This document shows, one piece after another, positions 1 to 8,348 of a stretch of 64,000 bases of DNA. The stretch spans positions 281,155-345,154 of the IMG/VR virus record IMGVR_UViG_3300023184_000025; one strand, 5' to 3'. The notes below the pieces were generated by a model. It ran no database searches. It had not been told where the DNA came from and saw only the letters and a list, made by a program, of their open reading frames with translations. Within the stretch, counting starts at the first letter, position 1, and the number at the start of each line of letters is the position of its first letter. Position numbers and translations under genes: made by a program.

Positions 1-738
1 TCCTTCACCGACAGAACCTGCAATTAAGTCTGTAAGTGTGGTGTCGTCTGTGTCCTCGTCTGCCAACAGTTCGCTAACAAAGGTCCACGAACGTGGTGTA
101 GCAAAGGCACGGCTGGAGCTCTTGGCATCAAAGTCGTACAAGTCTTGTTTGGCAAATGTAATGTAGCCAACAACGTCTTTGTGAATCTGATTGCGAACAG
201 CCCAGTCTTGCCAGCTTGAAAAGTCCACACGCATCTCCACGTGAACAAAACGGTTCGCTAATGGAGTAGGCATACGATATGTAACACCTTTGTCGCTTTC
301 ACGATTACCTGCGGCAATCATTACAACATTGTCGGGCAATTTATATTTGCCAATGCGACGATTCAAAACAAGTTGGTAAGCCGCGGCCTGTACAGCAGGA
401 GCCGCTGAATTCATTTCATCCATGAACAAAACTACAACTGGATACTTACTGGCCAACTCTTCATCAGGCAAGTCGATGGGAGGTGCCCAATCCATCTTAC
501 CAAGTTCTTTGTTATAGAACGGAATACCTCGAATATCTGTAGGATCCATTTGACCCAAACGAAGGTCGATCATAAAGCCGCCGAGATCTTGGGTAATCTC
601 TGCAACAACGTCGGACTTGCCAATGCCGGGGGGACCCCACAAGAACAAGGGACGTTTTTTAGCAAAACATTTTTTAATTGCACGACGAGCACCTTCTGAG
701 GTAACTGTACGGTGATCTGATGCTGATACTTTTGGCAT
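1..738 (-). CDS. MoxR-like AAA+ ATPase (3' end runs off the window)
   Basis: Manual translation from ATG 738: MPKVSASDHR...LFLWGPPGIGKS (Walker A), VVLFMDE (Walker B), AAGNR, PLANRF; absent from the ORF track because it is truncated. Confidence 0.85.
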   Translation of the reverse strand, partial: MPKVSASDHRTVTSEGARRAIKKCFAKKRPLFLWGPPGIGKSDVVAEITQDLGGFMIDLRLGQMDPTDIRGIPFYNKELGKMDWAPPIDLPDEELASKYPVVVLFMDEMNSAAPAVQAAAYQLVLNRRIGKYKLPDNVVMIAAGNRESDKGVTYRMPTPLANRFVHVEMRVDFSSWQDWAVRNQIHKDVVGYITFAKQDLYDFDAKSSSRAFATPRSWTFVSELLADEDTDDTTLTDLIAGSVGEG

Positions 739-774
739 AGGGCTATTTCTTTCTTAAGTTGTTACAATACTAAT

Positions 775-803
775 ATTATACAAAAATCTGTTTTACTGGT
801 CAA
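775..803 (-). promoter_or_regulatory. sigma70-type early promoter
   Basis: TTGACC-17bp-TATAAT. Confidence 0.8.
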
Positions 804-1231
804 CTGTTTTCTGCAAGTTCTTCTTCTTCATTGTCCCAGTCTGAGTCACTAGAGGTTTCAATTTCTATATGACCAAACTTGAGCAACCCGGCCTCTGCAG
901 AAACTTCAAACGGGTATTCAAATTCAACGAATGCACCAAGTTCCTGCAAAAATTCTTCAGAGTATTCTTTGTCACGGATGTCTTCAACACGTATGCAACC
1001 AATACTGCCCGAATCCACCGAGTGGCTAGTTCTCATGTTGGAGCCGTAAGTACCGTCACCGTATGCAGTACCAAAGCTGGCAAAGCGCCGACCATCTTTG
1101 AGTGTAAACTCACCTTCTACACCGCGACCAAGTGCGCCAGGCGGAAAGAACAAACCAACACATTCTCCCCAGGCATCGTGCATGACATAGCACAGATCAC
1201 CAACATAGTATTTTCCTGCGGGCATTGTCAT
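800..1231 (-). CDS. hypothetical early protein (143 aa)
   Basis: ORF with acidic C-terminus, in the early gene run. Confidence 0.75.
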   Translation of the reverse strand: MTMPAGKYYVGDLCYVMHDAWGECVGLFFPPGALGRGVEGEFTLKDGRRFASFGTAYGDGTYGSNMRTSHSVDSGSIGCIRVEDIRDKEYSEEFLQELGAFVEFEYPFEVSAEAGLLKFGHIEIETSSDSDWDNEEEELAENS

Positions 1232-1240
1232 ACTAATTCC

Positions 1241-1408
1241 TTAAGAGTTAACAGTTTGATACGGGCTAAGATCTTCGTCACTGTCTGTGTCAGAAGCTTC
1301 ATAAACCCAAGTAATCGGCACTTCCAAAATCCTTGCCACAGTCACAGGCAAATAGCCTTCTTCGAGCAAGTCGTTGATCTCAATTGATAAGTCTGCCATT
1401 CTGCTCAT
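1241..1408 (-). CDS. small hypothetical protein (55 aa, MSRMADLSIEINDLLEEG...)
   Basis: Manual translation; fills the gap between neighbouring minus-strand genes. Confidence 0.65.
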   Translation of the reverse strand: MSRMADLSIEINDLLEEGYLPVTVARILEVPITWVYEASDTDSDEDLSPYQTVNS

Positions 1409-1411
1409 AGT

Positions 1412-1642
1412 TTAACCCCAGTCCTTTTTGTCACCATATTGTTCGTTCCAGTCGTAACCGGCATTGTATTCTGCAATTTCTTCATCTGACATAGCAGTGA
1501 CCTTGTCACCGTTGTATGTTCCTTCGGGGAACCAGTGAGGATTACGGTCACGATGATAGTAAGAATCGGCACTACCACGATCGTACAAGGATCCGTGACG
1601 TTGACGATCAAACTGTGGTAGCATCTCAAGTGTAACTGTCAT
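1412..1642 (-). CDS. hypothetical early protein (76 aa)
   Basis: AGGAG RBS; directly downstream of a sigma70 promoter. Confidence 0.75.
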   Translation of the reverse strand: MTVTLEMLPQFDRQRHGSLYDRGSADSYYHRDRNPHWFPEGTYNGDKVTAMSDEEIAEYNAGYDWNEQYGDKKDWG

Positions 1643-1666
1643 TTTTTACTCCTTTACTATACCTAT

Positions 1667-1695
1667 ATTATAGTAGAATTGGAATTATTGGTCAA
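1667..1695 (-). promoter_or_regulatory. sigma70-type early promoter
   Basis: TTGACC-17bp-TATAAT. Confidence 0.8.
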
Positions 1696-1864
1696 GTGGT
1701 ACAAACAACTTGGTGCCTTCGCCCATGACAACCTTGTATGCTTCTATAGTGGACTGAGGCTGTGCCAAGGGATTTTTTTGGATAAATTGCAGGGTTTCCA
1801 AAAAGCCCATGCCCAAAAACTCTGACTCTTTTTTTATAACTTTGATTGCTGTACGTATTTGCAT
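1685..1864 (-). CDS. small hypothetical protein (59 aa, MQIRTAIKVIKKESEF...)
   Basis: Manual translation; AGGAG RBS and own promoter. Confidence 0.65.
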   Translation of the reverse strand: MQIRTAIKVIKKESEFLGMGFLETLQFIQKNPLAQPQSTIEAYKVVMGEGTKLFVPLDQ

Positions 1865-1893
1865 ACTGGCTCCTTTTTGTTAAACTATGCTAT

Positions 1894-1922
1894 ATTATAG
1901 CAAATTGGGAAATACCGGTCAA
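1894..1922 (-). promoter_or_regulatory. sigma70-type early promoter (extended -10)
   Basis: TTGACC-17bp-TATAAT preceded by TGC. Confidence 0.8.
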
Positions 1923-1928
1923 CCAAAA

Positions 1929-2312
1929 TTAAACCCAGCTGTCCACCATCAAGACGGGCTTCTTAAGCACTCGTTTTACAAAGTCCTCGGGCTCGTCATC
2001 TGCACGTACCAGCACAAAGCCCATGCTCTCTACCAAGTCCACCTCGCATACTTGCAGGTCCACTGCGGCGGCCTCAAAGGCAATGTTCATCTTGGTCAGG
2101 GCATACTTGACGCCTGCTTGGAATGCCTCGTACTCGTTTGCACCCGTTTCATCAAAGTCAAACTCTGTTTCCATAATGTGCGCAAACTCTTGTCCATCTG
2201 CCACAATGAACTTGTTTATCTTCTTCCAGTTGCTCTGCTTCTCACTGTCAAAGTGGTCACAGCATTCGTTAATGTCAAAACTAGCAAAGTTGTCATAGTT
2301 TACTGTAGTCAT
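1929..2312 (-). CDS. hypothetical acidic early protein (127 aa)
   Basis: GGGAG RBS and own promoter. Confidence 0.75.
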   Translation of the reverse strand: MTTVNYDNFASFDINECCDHFDSEKQSNWKKINKFIVADGQEFAHIMETEFDFDETGANEYEAFQAGVKYALTKMNIAFEAAAVDLQVCEVDLVESMGFVLVRADDEPEDFVKRVLKKPVLMVDSWV

Positions 2313-2343
2313 TTCTCGCTCCCTTTTGTGTTAACATGTGTAT

Positions 2344-2372
2344 ATTATAGCAAATAGGCAAATTCTGGTCAA
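2344..2372 (-). promoter_or_regulatory. sigma70-type early promoter (extended -10)
   Basis: TTGACC-17bp-TATAAT preceded by TGC. Confidence 0.85.
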
Positions 2373-2400
2373 CCACAAGAATTGTGGTATTTTTGCAACA

Positions 2401-2427
2401 AAAAACCCTACAAAATGTAGGGTTTTT
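2401..2427. terminator. bidirectional intrinsic terminator
   Basis: AAAAACCCTAC-AAAAT-GTAGGGTTTTT. Confidence 0.8.
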
Positions 2428-2459
2428 ATGTGTTGTTTTAACGCAACAGTTGGTCAGAT

Positions 2460-3629
2460 CTATGCCATTAAATGATCATTTTTTTGTAGATAAAAATGAC
2501 CGTTTAGCATGCCCACAAATCCATCAAACTTGTTGTCAAAAGTATATTTTAAATATTTTTTATCAATATTTTTTTCAATATGTTCTATACCTTTGAACCA
2601 ACATTGATATTCTTTGGTATTTTTGAACCCTTGGAAAAACCAGTCGTCCCACTCGCACCAAATTGGGCTGGATGATTTTTGAACTTGAAATGTGTCTAAT
2701 TTCCAATTTGGATAGATTATACCGCGAGAAATCACTTCATAAGCTTGCCGACTTGCAAAACCAGGAGTGGGCCAGGTCAATATAGATTTTAACATTGGAT
2801 TTTGCTCAAACCATGACATGATCATGTGCGATTGTTTAATTATAATTTCAGGCAGGTCTGGACTCCAGTAAAATAATACCAACTCTGCATTATCATAGTC
2901 TTGATTATTGAGTCCACCTTGGCAATTGTTAACCAGAGTATCTAGAAAATAAACAGCATATTTGTTGTCCTTGATACACACCCGAGGTTTATCGATACCC
3001 ACAACAATTGCAGTTTTTAATCCTCGGTCCAGGTTTACCAGTTGCCCTTTTTCGCGAGTGTTTGAATAACGAGTTACAAAGTGAGGATTAAGATGTTCTC
3101 TAGTTGTTTTTAACCACTCTTCTCCGTCGTAGTTTTGAAAACTATCAACAGTTGCCTGCGACACATCGTAATAGGTTATTTTTGTATTGGGACTGCGAGA
3201 TCGTATTTGGTCTAGTCCCATACGAGTTGTTAACTCAAATTCTGCTTCGATGTTTCTTGCATCAGTCACACCACGATTGGCAATAACAGTAGGAGTGTGT
3301 GACCGATTCCAGATGGTTACAATTTCATCAATATGACATCCAGCATCAAAAAAAGCATCAACTAGAGTTTGGCTGTCACTTCCACCGCTATAATTTACTA
3401 TAACATAGTCGTATTTTTCTCGTATCTGACGGGCTCGAATCTTATACAGGTCCAGTATACTAATCTCTGGTTCGTGTGTCCAATTAGCGGTATTCCAGAC
3501 ATTATCACAAAACTGCCACTGTGGGTAGTTTTTTGTTTTGGTCCCAGCAATACATGCATCTATTTTGCTTCTGTATTGCTGGGCACCAACTGTATAAAAC
3601 CCAAGTTTGGGATTGATACCATTGATCAT
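2460..3629 (-). CDS. PP-loop (adenine nucleotide alpha-hydrolase-like) protein
   Basis: VIVNYSGGSDS matches the SGGxDS PP-loop motif; substrate unknown. Confidence 0.6.
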   Translation of the reverse strand: MINGINPKLGFYTVGAQQYRSKIDACIAGTKTKNYPQWQFCDNVWNTANWTHEPEISILDLYKIRARQIREKYDYVIVNYSGGSDSQTLVDAFFDAGCHIDEIVTIWNRSHTPTVIANRGVTDARNIEAEFELTTRMGLDQIRSRSPNTKITYYDVSQATVDSFQNYDGEEWLKTTREHLNPHFVTRYSNTREKGQLVNLDRGLKTAIVVGIDKPRVCIKDNKYAVYFLDTLVNNCQGGLNNQDYDNAELVLFYWSPDLPEIIIKQSHMIMSWFEQNPMLKSILTWPTPGFASRQAYEVISRGIIYPNWKLDTFQVQKSSSPIWCEWDDWFFQGFKNTKEYQCWFKGIEHIEKNIDKKYLKYTFDNKFDGFVGMLNGHFYLQKNDHLMA

Positions 3630-4561
3630 TGGACTGTTAAATTAAGCTGTTTAGAAATAATTAAGAATTTTCTTTTCTCTTCTTTTAAGAACTCAGCTGG
3701 GGAAAAGTCTTTTGCAGGTGCCATGTATAAAGATTTCAATTCACGTTGAACTTCTGCAGAACTGGCCACGGTCCTGATATATTGTAAAATTTCAGGATCA
3801 GCTCCTCGATTGGCTATCAACACTGACCATCTGTAGTATTGATGATCGTTAATTTTGAGTTCTTGAAGAGTGGGAACATTTTTAAAAGCGTCTACTCTGG
3901 TAGGACTACCCACAGCCACAGGCACTAGTTTGCCAGAACTGATGTACTGGTCAAGCAACATTGCGGATTCGTTAAGATAAGTCAATTGGCCTCCCAACAA
4001 ATCTGCTATAGCAGGACCTTTGTAAGGCACATGAACAAAATTGCTTTTGTCGCCGGCAACCAGGGCTGATATAGTATGTCCAGCACCGCCAACGCCTGAG
4101 CTTCCGTAGTTTACCTCTCTAGTTTTGGTATAGGTCACAAAGTCCTGCCAATTCTTTATTCCAGTTTGAGAATTAACCACCACCACTGAGGGCTCTGTTC
4201 CTAGATGAGCTACAGTAACAAAATCTGTGCTTGGATCATAAGCGTTGGTGCTTGGATTTAAAATAGGCAAACTAACCAAAGAAGGTCCAGCAACCAACAG
4301 TACAGTTTCCCCAGGAGTTTTTAGTGCAGCCATATGGGCGTGAGCAATTCCGCCACCTGCTCCCAGTTTGTATTCAACTTGAACTCGATATCGATTTTTG
4401 TCAATAGCTGACTCGATCACACGAGCAACACGGTCAGCACTTCCGCCAGCGGAGTACTGCACCATAATTTTGATTTCTTTGGGTGGCTGGTTAGCCATGC
4501 TGGACATCGAAAGTGTACCTAGCAATAAACCAAAACAAAATGATAATGATTTTTTAAACAC
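3626..4561 (-). CDS. Bug/TctC tripartite tricarboxylate transporter substrate-binding protein
   Basis: AGGSADRVAR, VEYKLGAGGGI, YGSSGVG, HVPYKG, DLLGGQ, VPTLQE motifs; probable GTG start at 4561 with RBS and signal peptide. Confidence 0.85.
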   Translation of the reverse strand: MFKKSLSFCFGLLLGTLSMSSMANQPPKEIKIMVQYSAGGSADRVARVIESAIDKNRYRVQVEYKLGAGGGIAHAHMAALKTPGETVLLVAGPSLVSLPILNPSTNAYDPSTDFVTVAHLGTEPSVVVVNSQTGIKNWQDFVTYTKTREVNYGSSGVGGAGHTISALVAGDKSNFVHVPYKGPAIADLLGGQLTYLNESAMLLDQYISSGKLVPVAVGSPTRVDAFKNVPTLQELKINDHQYYRWSVLIANRGADPEILQYIRTVASSAEVQRELKSLYMAPAKDFSPAEFLKEEKRKFLIISKQLNLTVQ

Positions 4562-4632
4562 GTAATATTTCCTTAAAAAGTTGAATTGTAATGCTTGTGG
4601 AAGAATTCCACTTACAGTAGGCGTTCTGTTAT

Positions 4633-4662
4633 AGTATAACAGTAAAGACATCACTATGTCAA
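4633..4662 (-). promoter_or_regulatory. sigma70-type promoter
   Basis: TTGACA-18bp-TATACT. Confidence 0.6.
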
Positions 4663-4732
4663 GTGTCAATTTGATCTGACGTCGGCCCTTGCCGGCGTTG
4701 CAAAATTATTTATAAATTGAAATAACTTGGTC

Positions 4733-4762
4733 AAAAAAAAGCCCACCATTGGTGGGCTTTTT
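4733..4762. terminator. bidirectional intrinsic terminator
   Basis: A8-GCCCACC-ATT-GGTGGGC-T5. Confidence 0.85.
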
Positions 4763-4770
4763 AATATATG

Positions 4771-5670
4771 TTAAGCTACAAACGGAGTGTATTCAATACC
4801 TGTTGTGGCCAAGCCAACTAGGCCAATAGTGGTTTCAAATGCTGGCAACTCACTAGCAATAACTAGCACATCTGCTTGACTTAACTTGTTGTTGGTCATC
4901 CAAGTTGTGTATTCTGTTACTTGTGCCAATGTAGCTGTGCTACCAAATACGTTTTTATAAACTTGTTTAATAAATGTTTCATCACTAACACCGCCGGCGT
5001 CTGCTTTGTAAACATCAGTGGCCAACAATGCTGTGGCCAATTGTTTGTTTGTCCAGCCTGCGTCAGCAAGATAGATGCCAATGCCTTCATATGCTTTAGT
5101 AACATCTGCAACACCAAGTGCGGCTGCCAGCAATGCATATACATCGCCTGCGCGACCTGCGGCATCATAGGCAATGGCTTTGTTGGTGAACACCACACGC
5201 TCATGATCAGCAAGATTGAATTCCATGTTGCTAACTAATGCGCTTGCCAAAGTTACTTTGCTGGCAGTTTTAGTAATGGTATACTCTGTGCTAGCGCCAC
5301 CCATTGTGTAAGTGTCAACGCCAGCGGTACCCGTAACATCAACAACAATGTCAACAGTACCATCGCCAACACGACCCGTGCCCACCACACCAAATGTAGC
5401 GACTTTACCAGCAGTACCAACTGTGGCAACTGTGACAATCAAGTTGTTTGTACTTGTACCGCCCAACGCTGTGCCCGCAAGGGTGATTGTATCACCTGCC
5501 GCATAACCCGAGCCTGCACTGGCTACCAAGCTGTCAAGAACAACGGAGTATACCCCGTCAGTTTTGGTAACATCAAAAGCGGCGCCAGTGCCTGTACCTC
5601 CTGTTAACCCTGTAACATTTTGGTATGTGGCATTAACTGCTTTGTCTTTGATTGTGATTGTTGTTGTCAT
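4771..5670 (-). CDS. Thr/Gly/Ala-rich surface-type protein with C-terminal DUF4214-like (S-layer/RTX-associated) region
   Basis: HERVVFTNKAIAYD..GRAGDVY and SDETFIKQVYKNVFG resemble DUF4214-type C-termini; N-terminal GGTGTGA..GSGYAAGDTITL repeat. Confidence 0.55.
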   Translation of the reverse strand: MTTTITIKDKAVNATYQNVTGLTGGTGTGAAFDVTKTDGVYSVVLDSLVASAGSGYAAGDTITLAGTALGGTSTNNLIVTVATVGTAGKVATFGVVGTGRVGDGTVDIVVDVTGTAGVDTYTMGGASTEYTITKTASKVTLASALVSNMEFNLADHERVVFTNKAIAYDAAGRAGDVYALLAAALGVADVTKAYEGIGIYLADAGWTNKQLATALLATDVYKADAGGVSDETFIKQVYKNVFGSTATLAQVTEYTTWMTNNKLSQADVLVIASELPAFETTIGLVGLATTGIEYTPFVA

Positions 5671-5796
5671 TATTTTTCCTTATAAAATGAATATCAACTA
5701 GTATATAGCGTTTTTACTAAGAAGTCTAGAAAAGACCAACTGAACTTGTGCGTATGCGCACATGTTTGTCACGGAAAAATGATTTTTTGGCAAAAG

Positions 5797-6036
5797 TTAT
5801 CCGTAAAAATGCTTGTATAACATACCGGCTGTGTAAATGGTCAGCAATACAGCATTGGATGTGATCATTGATTTGTGTTTCATTCGTATGCTAACAGCCA
5901 ACCACAGTCCAGTTTCCAAAAAACACATGATTGCACCCAGCGGATAAAAGTCCAAAGAAACGCAGACAGCACCAACAATTGAAATTGTGGTAGCAGTCCA
6001 TTCAACTATTGCTTCTCTGTTCAGCTTCATACCCAA
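5797..6036 (-). CDS. small membrane protein (about 3 TM)
   Basis: Hydrophobic segments; promoter TTGACT-18bp-TATACT at 6039-6068. Confidence 0.65.
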   Translation of the reverse strand: MGMKLNREAIVEWTATTISIVGAVCVSLDFYPLGAIMCFLETGLWLAVSIRMKHKSMITSNAVLLTIYTAGMLYKHFYG

Positions 6037-6069
6037 CTAGTATAACACAGACAAGAATGCACAGTCAAG

Positions 6070-6099
6070 AAAAAGCCCACCAATTAGTGGGCTTGTTTT
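6070..6099. terminator. intrinsic terminator
   Basis: AAAAAGCCCAC-CAATTA-GTGGGCTTGTTTT. Confidence 0.75.
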
Positions 6100-6116
6100 A
6101 TCTAATCTACTAGAAA

Positions 6117-6671
6117 TTAGAAACTACGTGTGTAGAATACATTGTAACCATCTTGACGTGAATCACCGGTGATTCGGTCGAAACGGAAACCAACTGCATC
6201 CTTCTTGTTGATTGCATAAGTTACGCCAACACGAACTGTATCGGTGGTGTCTTTGTTTACATTGGCATTGTCTGCCGCTGTACGATAACGGTAAGCAACC
6301 TTAGCTGTCAAGCCAGAGCTCAATGGTACAGTAACACCTGGCTCAATTGAGTAGTATGTAAACTGACCGCTGGTGCTGTACTTTTGGCCCAATGCCACTT
6401 TAGCGTAGCCTTTAACTGGTCCAAACAATGTAGTAGTTGCAGTACCGCCAACTTCTAAACGTGTGCTAACTGAATTTGTGTTGTCAGTTTGCGTTGATGA
6501 AAGTTGTGTGTGTACACCAAATGTATCATTGATACTTTCACTTAGAGCGAAGTTGGTACTCATTTGGTCATTGCCACCGATGGTGTTTAATTTTGTGCCT
6601 TCTACAGTAACTGATCCGGCAAACGCTGTGCTACTAATTGCAATAGCAATAAATGCTAAGATTTTCTTCAT
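6117..6671 (-). CDS. outer-membrane beta-barrel (small porin, KdgM-like) protein
   Basis: Signal peptide MKKILAFIAIAISSTAFA, alternating amphipathic strands, C-terminal YTRSF. Confidence 0.75.
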   Translation of the reverse strand: MKKILAFIAIAISSTAFAGSVTVEGTKLNTIGGNDQMSTNFALSESINDTFGVHTQLSSTQTDNTNSVSTRLEVGGTATTTLFGPVKGYAKVALGQKYSTSGQFTYYSIEPGVTVPLSSGLTAKVAYRYRTAADNANVNKDTTDTVRVGVTYAINKKDAVGFRFDRITGDSRQDGYNVFYTRSF

Positions 6672-6768
6672 TTTTATTTTCCTTAAAAAAAGAATGAGTT
6701 TTAAATCATTCACTATTATGTATCAGTGTTTGCAACAATGTTAATTAAAATTGGGGGTATTTTGGTCC

Positions 6769-6792
6769 AAAAAAAACCCGCCGAAGCGGGTT
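6769..6792 (-). terminator. intrinsic terminator ending the tmRNA transcript
   Basis: AACCCGC-TTCG-GCGGGTT followed by a T run. Confidence 0.85.
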
Positions 6793-7064
6793 CTGAGTTT
6801 CTGTTACGAGGTATGTCTTACCCTAGACGGCTTTTATCAAGCTGCCAATGCGAACTGTTCGTCGTTTGCGTTTACGTTTTTTGCTTGATTTACGGTCATC
6901 GCCTACCGTGCTGTCCACTCTGTTACTCTTTGCCCTGTCAAAACCATGCTCACCCCCGACAAGAATATACTAACCTAGTATACTCTTGGTGGAAGTGCCG
7001 GGGCTCGAACCCGGGTCCAAGACAACTTTCTCTTCGCCTCTTCCCTTTCGGGGTTTACAGCAAT
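6793..7064 (-). ncRNA. ssrA: circularly permuted (two-piece) tmRNA; tag ANDEQFALAA
   Basis: T-arm and CACTTCCACCA (3' end 6987) come first, then a 29-nt hairpin spacer, then 5' GGGGGTG (6957) with G3:U70, then tag GCA AAC GAC GAA CAG TTC GCA TTG GCA GCT TGA TAA (6869-6837). Confidence 0.9.
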
Positions 7065-7068
7065 ATTC

Positions 7069-7701
7069 TTATTTAATCAATCTACGCTTTTGTAAATTCA
7101 ATTCTGCTATTTTAGCATCGTCTGGCTTTAGATAGTAATTCTTCTCACCATCGTTATACCAGTGTCTACCAAACGCATTGTTGTTTTTATTCTTGCGTAG
7201 TTGAGTCCATTCAATTGTTGTTATCCAACCTTCTGGAATTTGTTCTTTATTATACTTTTTGCGTGATGACAAGTCAACCGCATCTTTACCCACACACCAA
7301 ACTTTTCCAAACTGCGAATTGTTTTCTTTCTGTTGGTGTTGCTTTTCAGCAAAGGTCTTCTTACGCTTTTCCATTGCTGAGTCAGTGTTTGCCAAATCAC
7401 ACACCTTCTTTTGATGTTCTTTGTTTACAGAAAAATTGTGTTCAGTGCGAATACCTGTAAATGGATTTGGGTGTAGTTGATGACGCAACTTTCCCGCTTC
7501 TCGTTGTCTTATTCTTACTAATTCTTCTTTTGGGCTTAACTTTGCTAAACCCTGCCACGCAACATAATCTTGCCAACGACCATATTCTTCATATAACTTG
7601 CGATGTGCTTCTGCGTGGTCATCAACAGATAATTCTACAAGATTGCTTGGATCGTCTGTTCCGCCTGCGTGTTTAGGAATAATATGATGTTTGTGGCTCA
7701 T
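7069..7701 (-). CDS. free-standing HNH homing endonuclease with NUMOD-like C-terminal repeats
   Basis: HKHHIIPKHAGGTDDPSNLVELSVDDHAEAH HNH core; FGKVWC / IPEGW / FGRHWYNDG repeats; TATAAATA promoter 5 nt before ATG. Confidence 0.8.
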   Translation of the reverse strand: MSHKHHIIPKHAGGTDDPSNLVELSVDDHAEAHRKLYEEYGRWQDYVAWQGLAKLSPKEELVRIRQREAGKLRHQLHPNPFTGIRTEHNFSVNKEHQKKVCDLANTDSAMEKRKKTFAEKQHQQKENNSQFGKVWCVGKDAVDLSSRKKYNKEQIPEGWITTIEWTQLRKNKNNNAFGRHWYNDGEKNYYLKPDDAKIAELNLQKRRLIK

Positions 7702-7740
7702 ACAAGTATTTATACCTGTCGAACCAAAGTCCAGGATTAG

Positions 7741-8052
7741 TTAAATATTTCCTAATCCTACACGACTATAACCCAACTTGGATTTAATCTCTTTACGGTC
7801 TCGATTCTTCTCTGGTTTCCACGCCCGTGGGTCGACGGTTTCACCAGTTAGTTCATAACGAAAGTCTGGATCGTAAACCATATATCCCAGTTTGTTCCAT
7901 TTGATTACCCCATCGTCAAATAGAAAAATACAACCACGACACATACAGAAACTGGCACCGTTTTCACTCATTACATTACCATTCACCGTGCCAACATATT
8001 TGACCACATTACCCTGGTGCATTTCTTTAAGTGCTTCGTAGTAGTCAATCAT
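7741..8052 (-). CDS. hypothetical protein (103 aa)
   Basis: ORF overlapping the upstream gene by ATGA. Confidence 0.7.
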   Translation of the reverse strand: MIDYYEALKEMHQGNVVKYVGTVNGNVMSENGASFCMCRGCIFLFDDGVIKWNKLGYMVYDPDFRYELTGETVDPRAWKPEKNRDRKEIKSKLGYSRVGLGNI

Positions 8053-8279
8053 TCATCAACTCCAAAAACAAACTTGATACGATTGGCAACCACCTTGCCA
8101 TCATATCGGGTGTCGTTAGCAACATCTAAACATTCATTGATGATTAGTTCTGCGAATTTTTCTAAACGGATCTTATCCCATTCTTGAATTTTGAATCCAT
8201 CTTTGGGATCAAATTGGTATATCTTATCAGCAGATAAGTTAGCCTGTTCAGTAAGTTGTTTTATCTTCTGTTCGTTCAT
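8049..8279 (-). CDS. hypothetical protein (76 aa)
   Basis: ORF in operon context. Confidence 0.7.
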   Translation of the reverse strand: MNEQKIKQLTEQANLSADKIYQFDPKDGFKIQEWDKIRLEKFAELIINECLDVANDTRYDGKVVANRIKFVFGVDE

Positions 8280-8348
8280 AGTGGTCTTTGCGGTGTCCTA
8301 CCCTTGCGTCCAGAACACTTTTCTCTTTGCTTCATACAGCAATAACTC

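Noticed and set aside
2460-3629. PP-loop protein as queC
   Set aside because: Much longer than QueC, no C-terminal zinc Cys cluster, and 29 kb from the que genes.
5746-5761. TGTGCG-TATG-CGCACA palindrome
   Set aside because: Single occurrence; could be an operator or chance, with no supporting copies.
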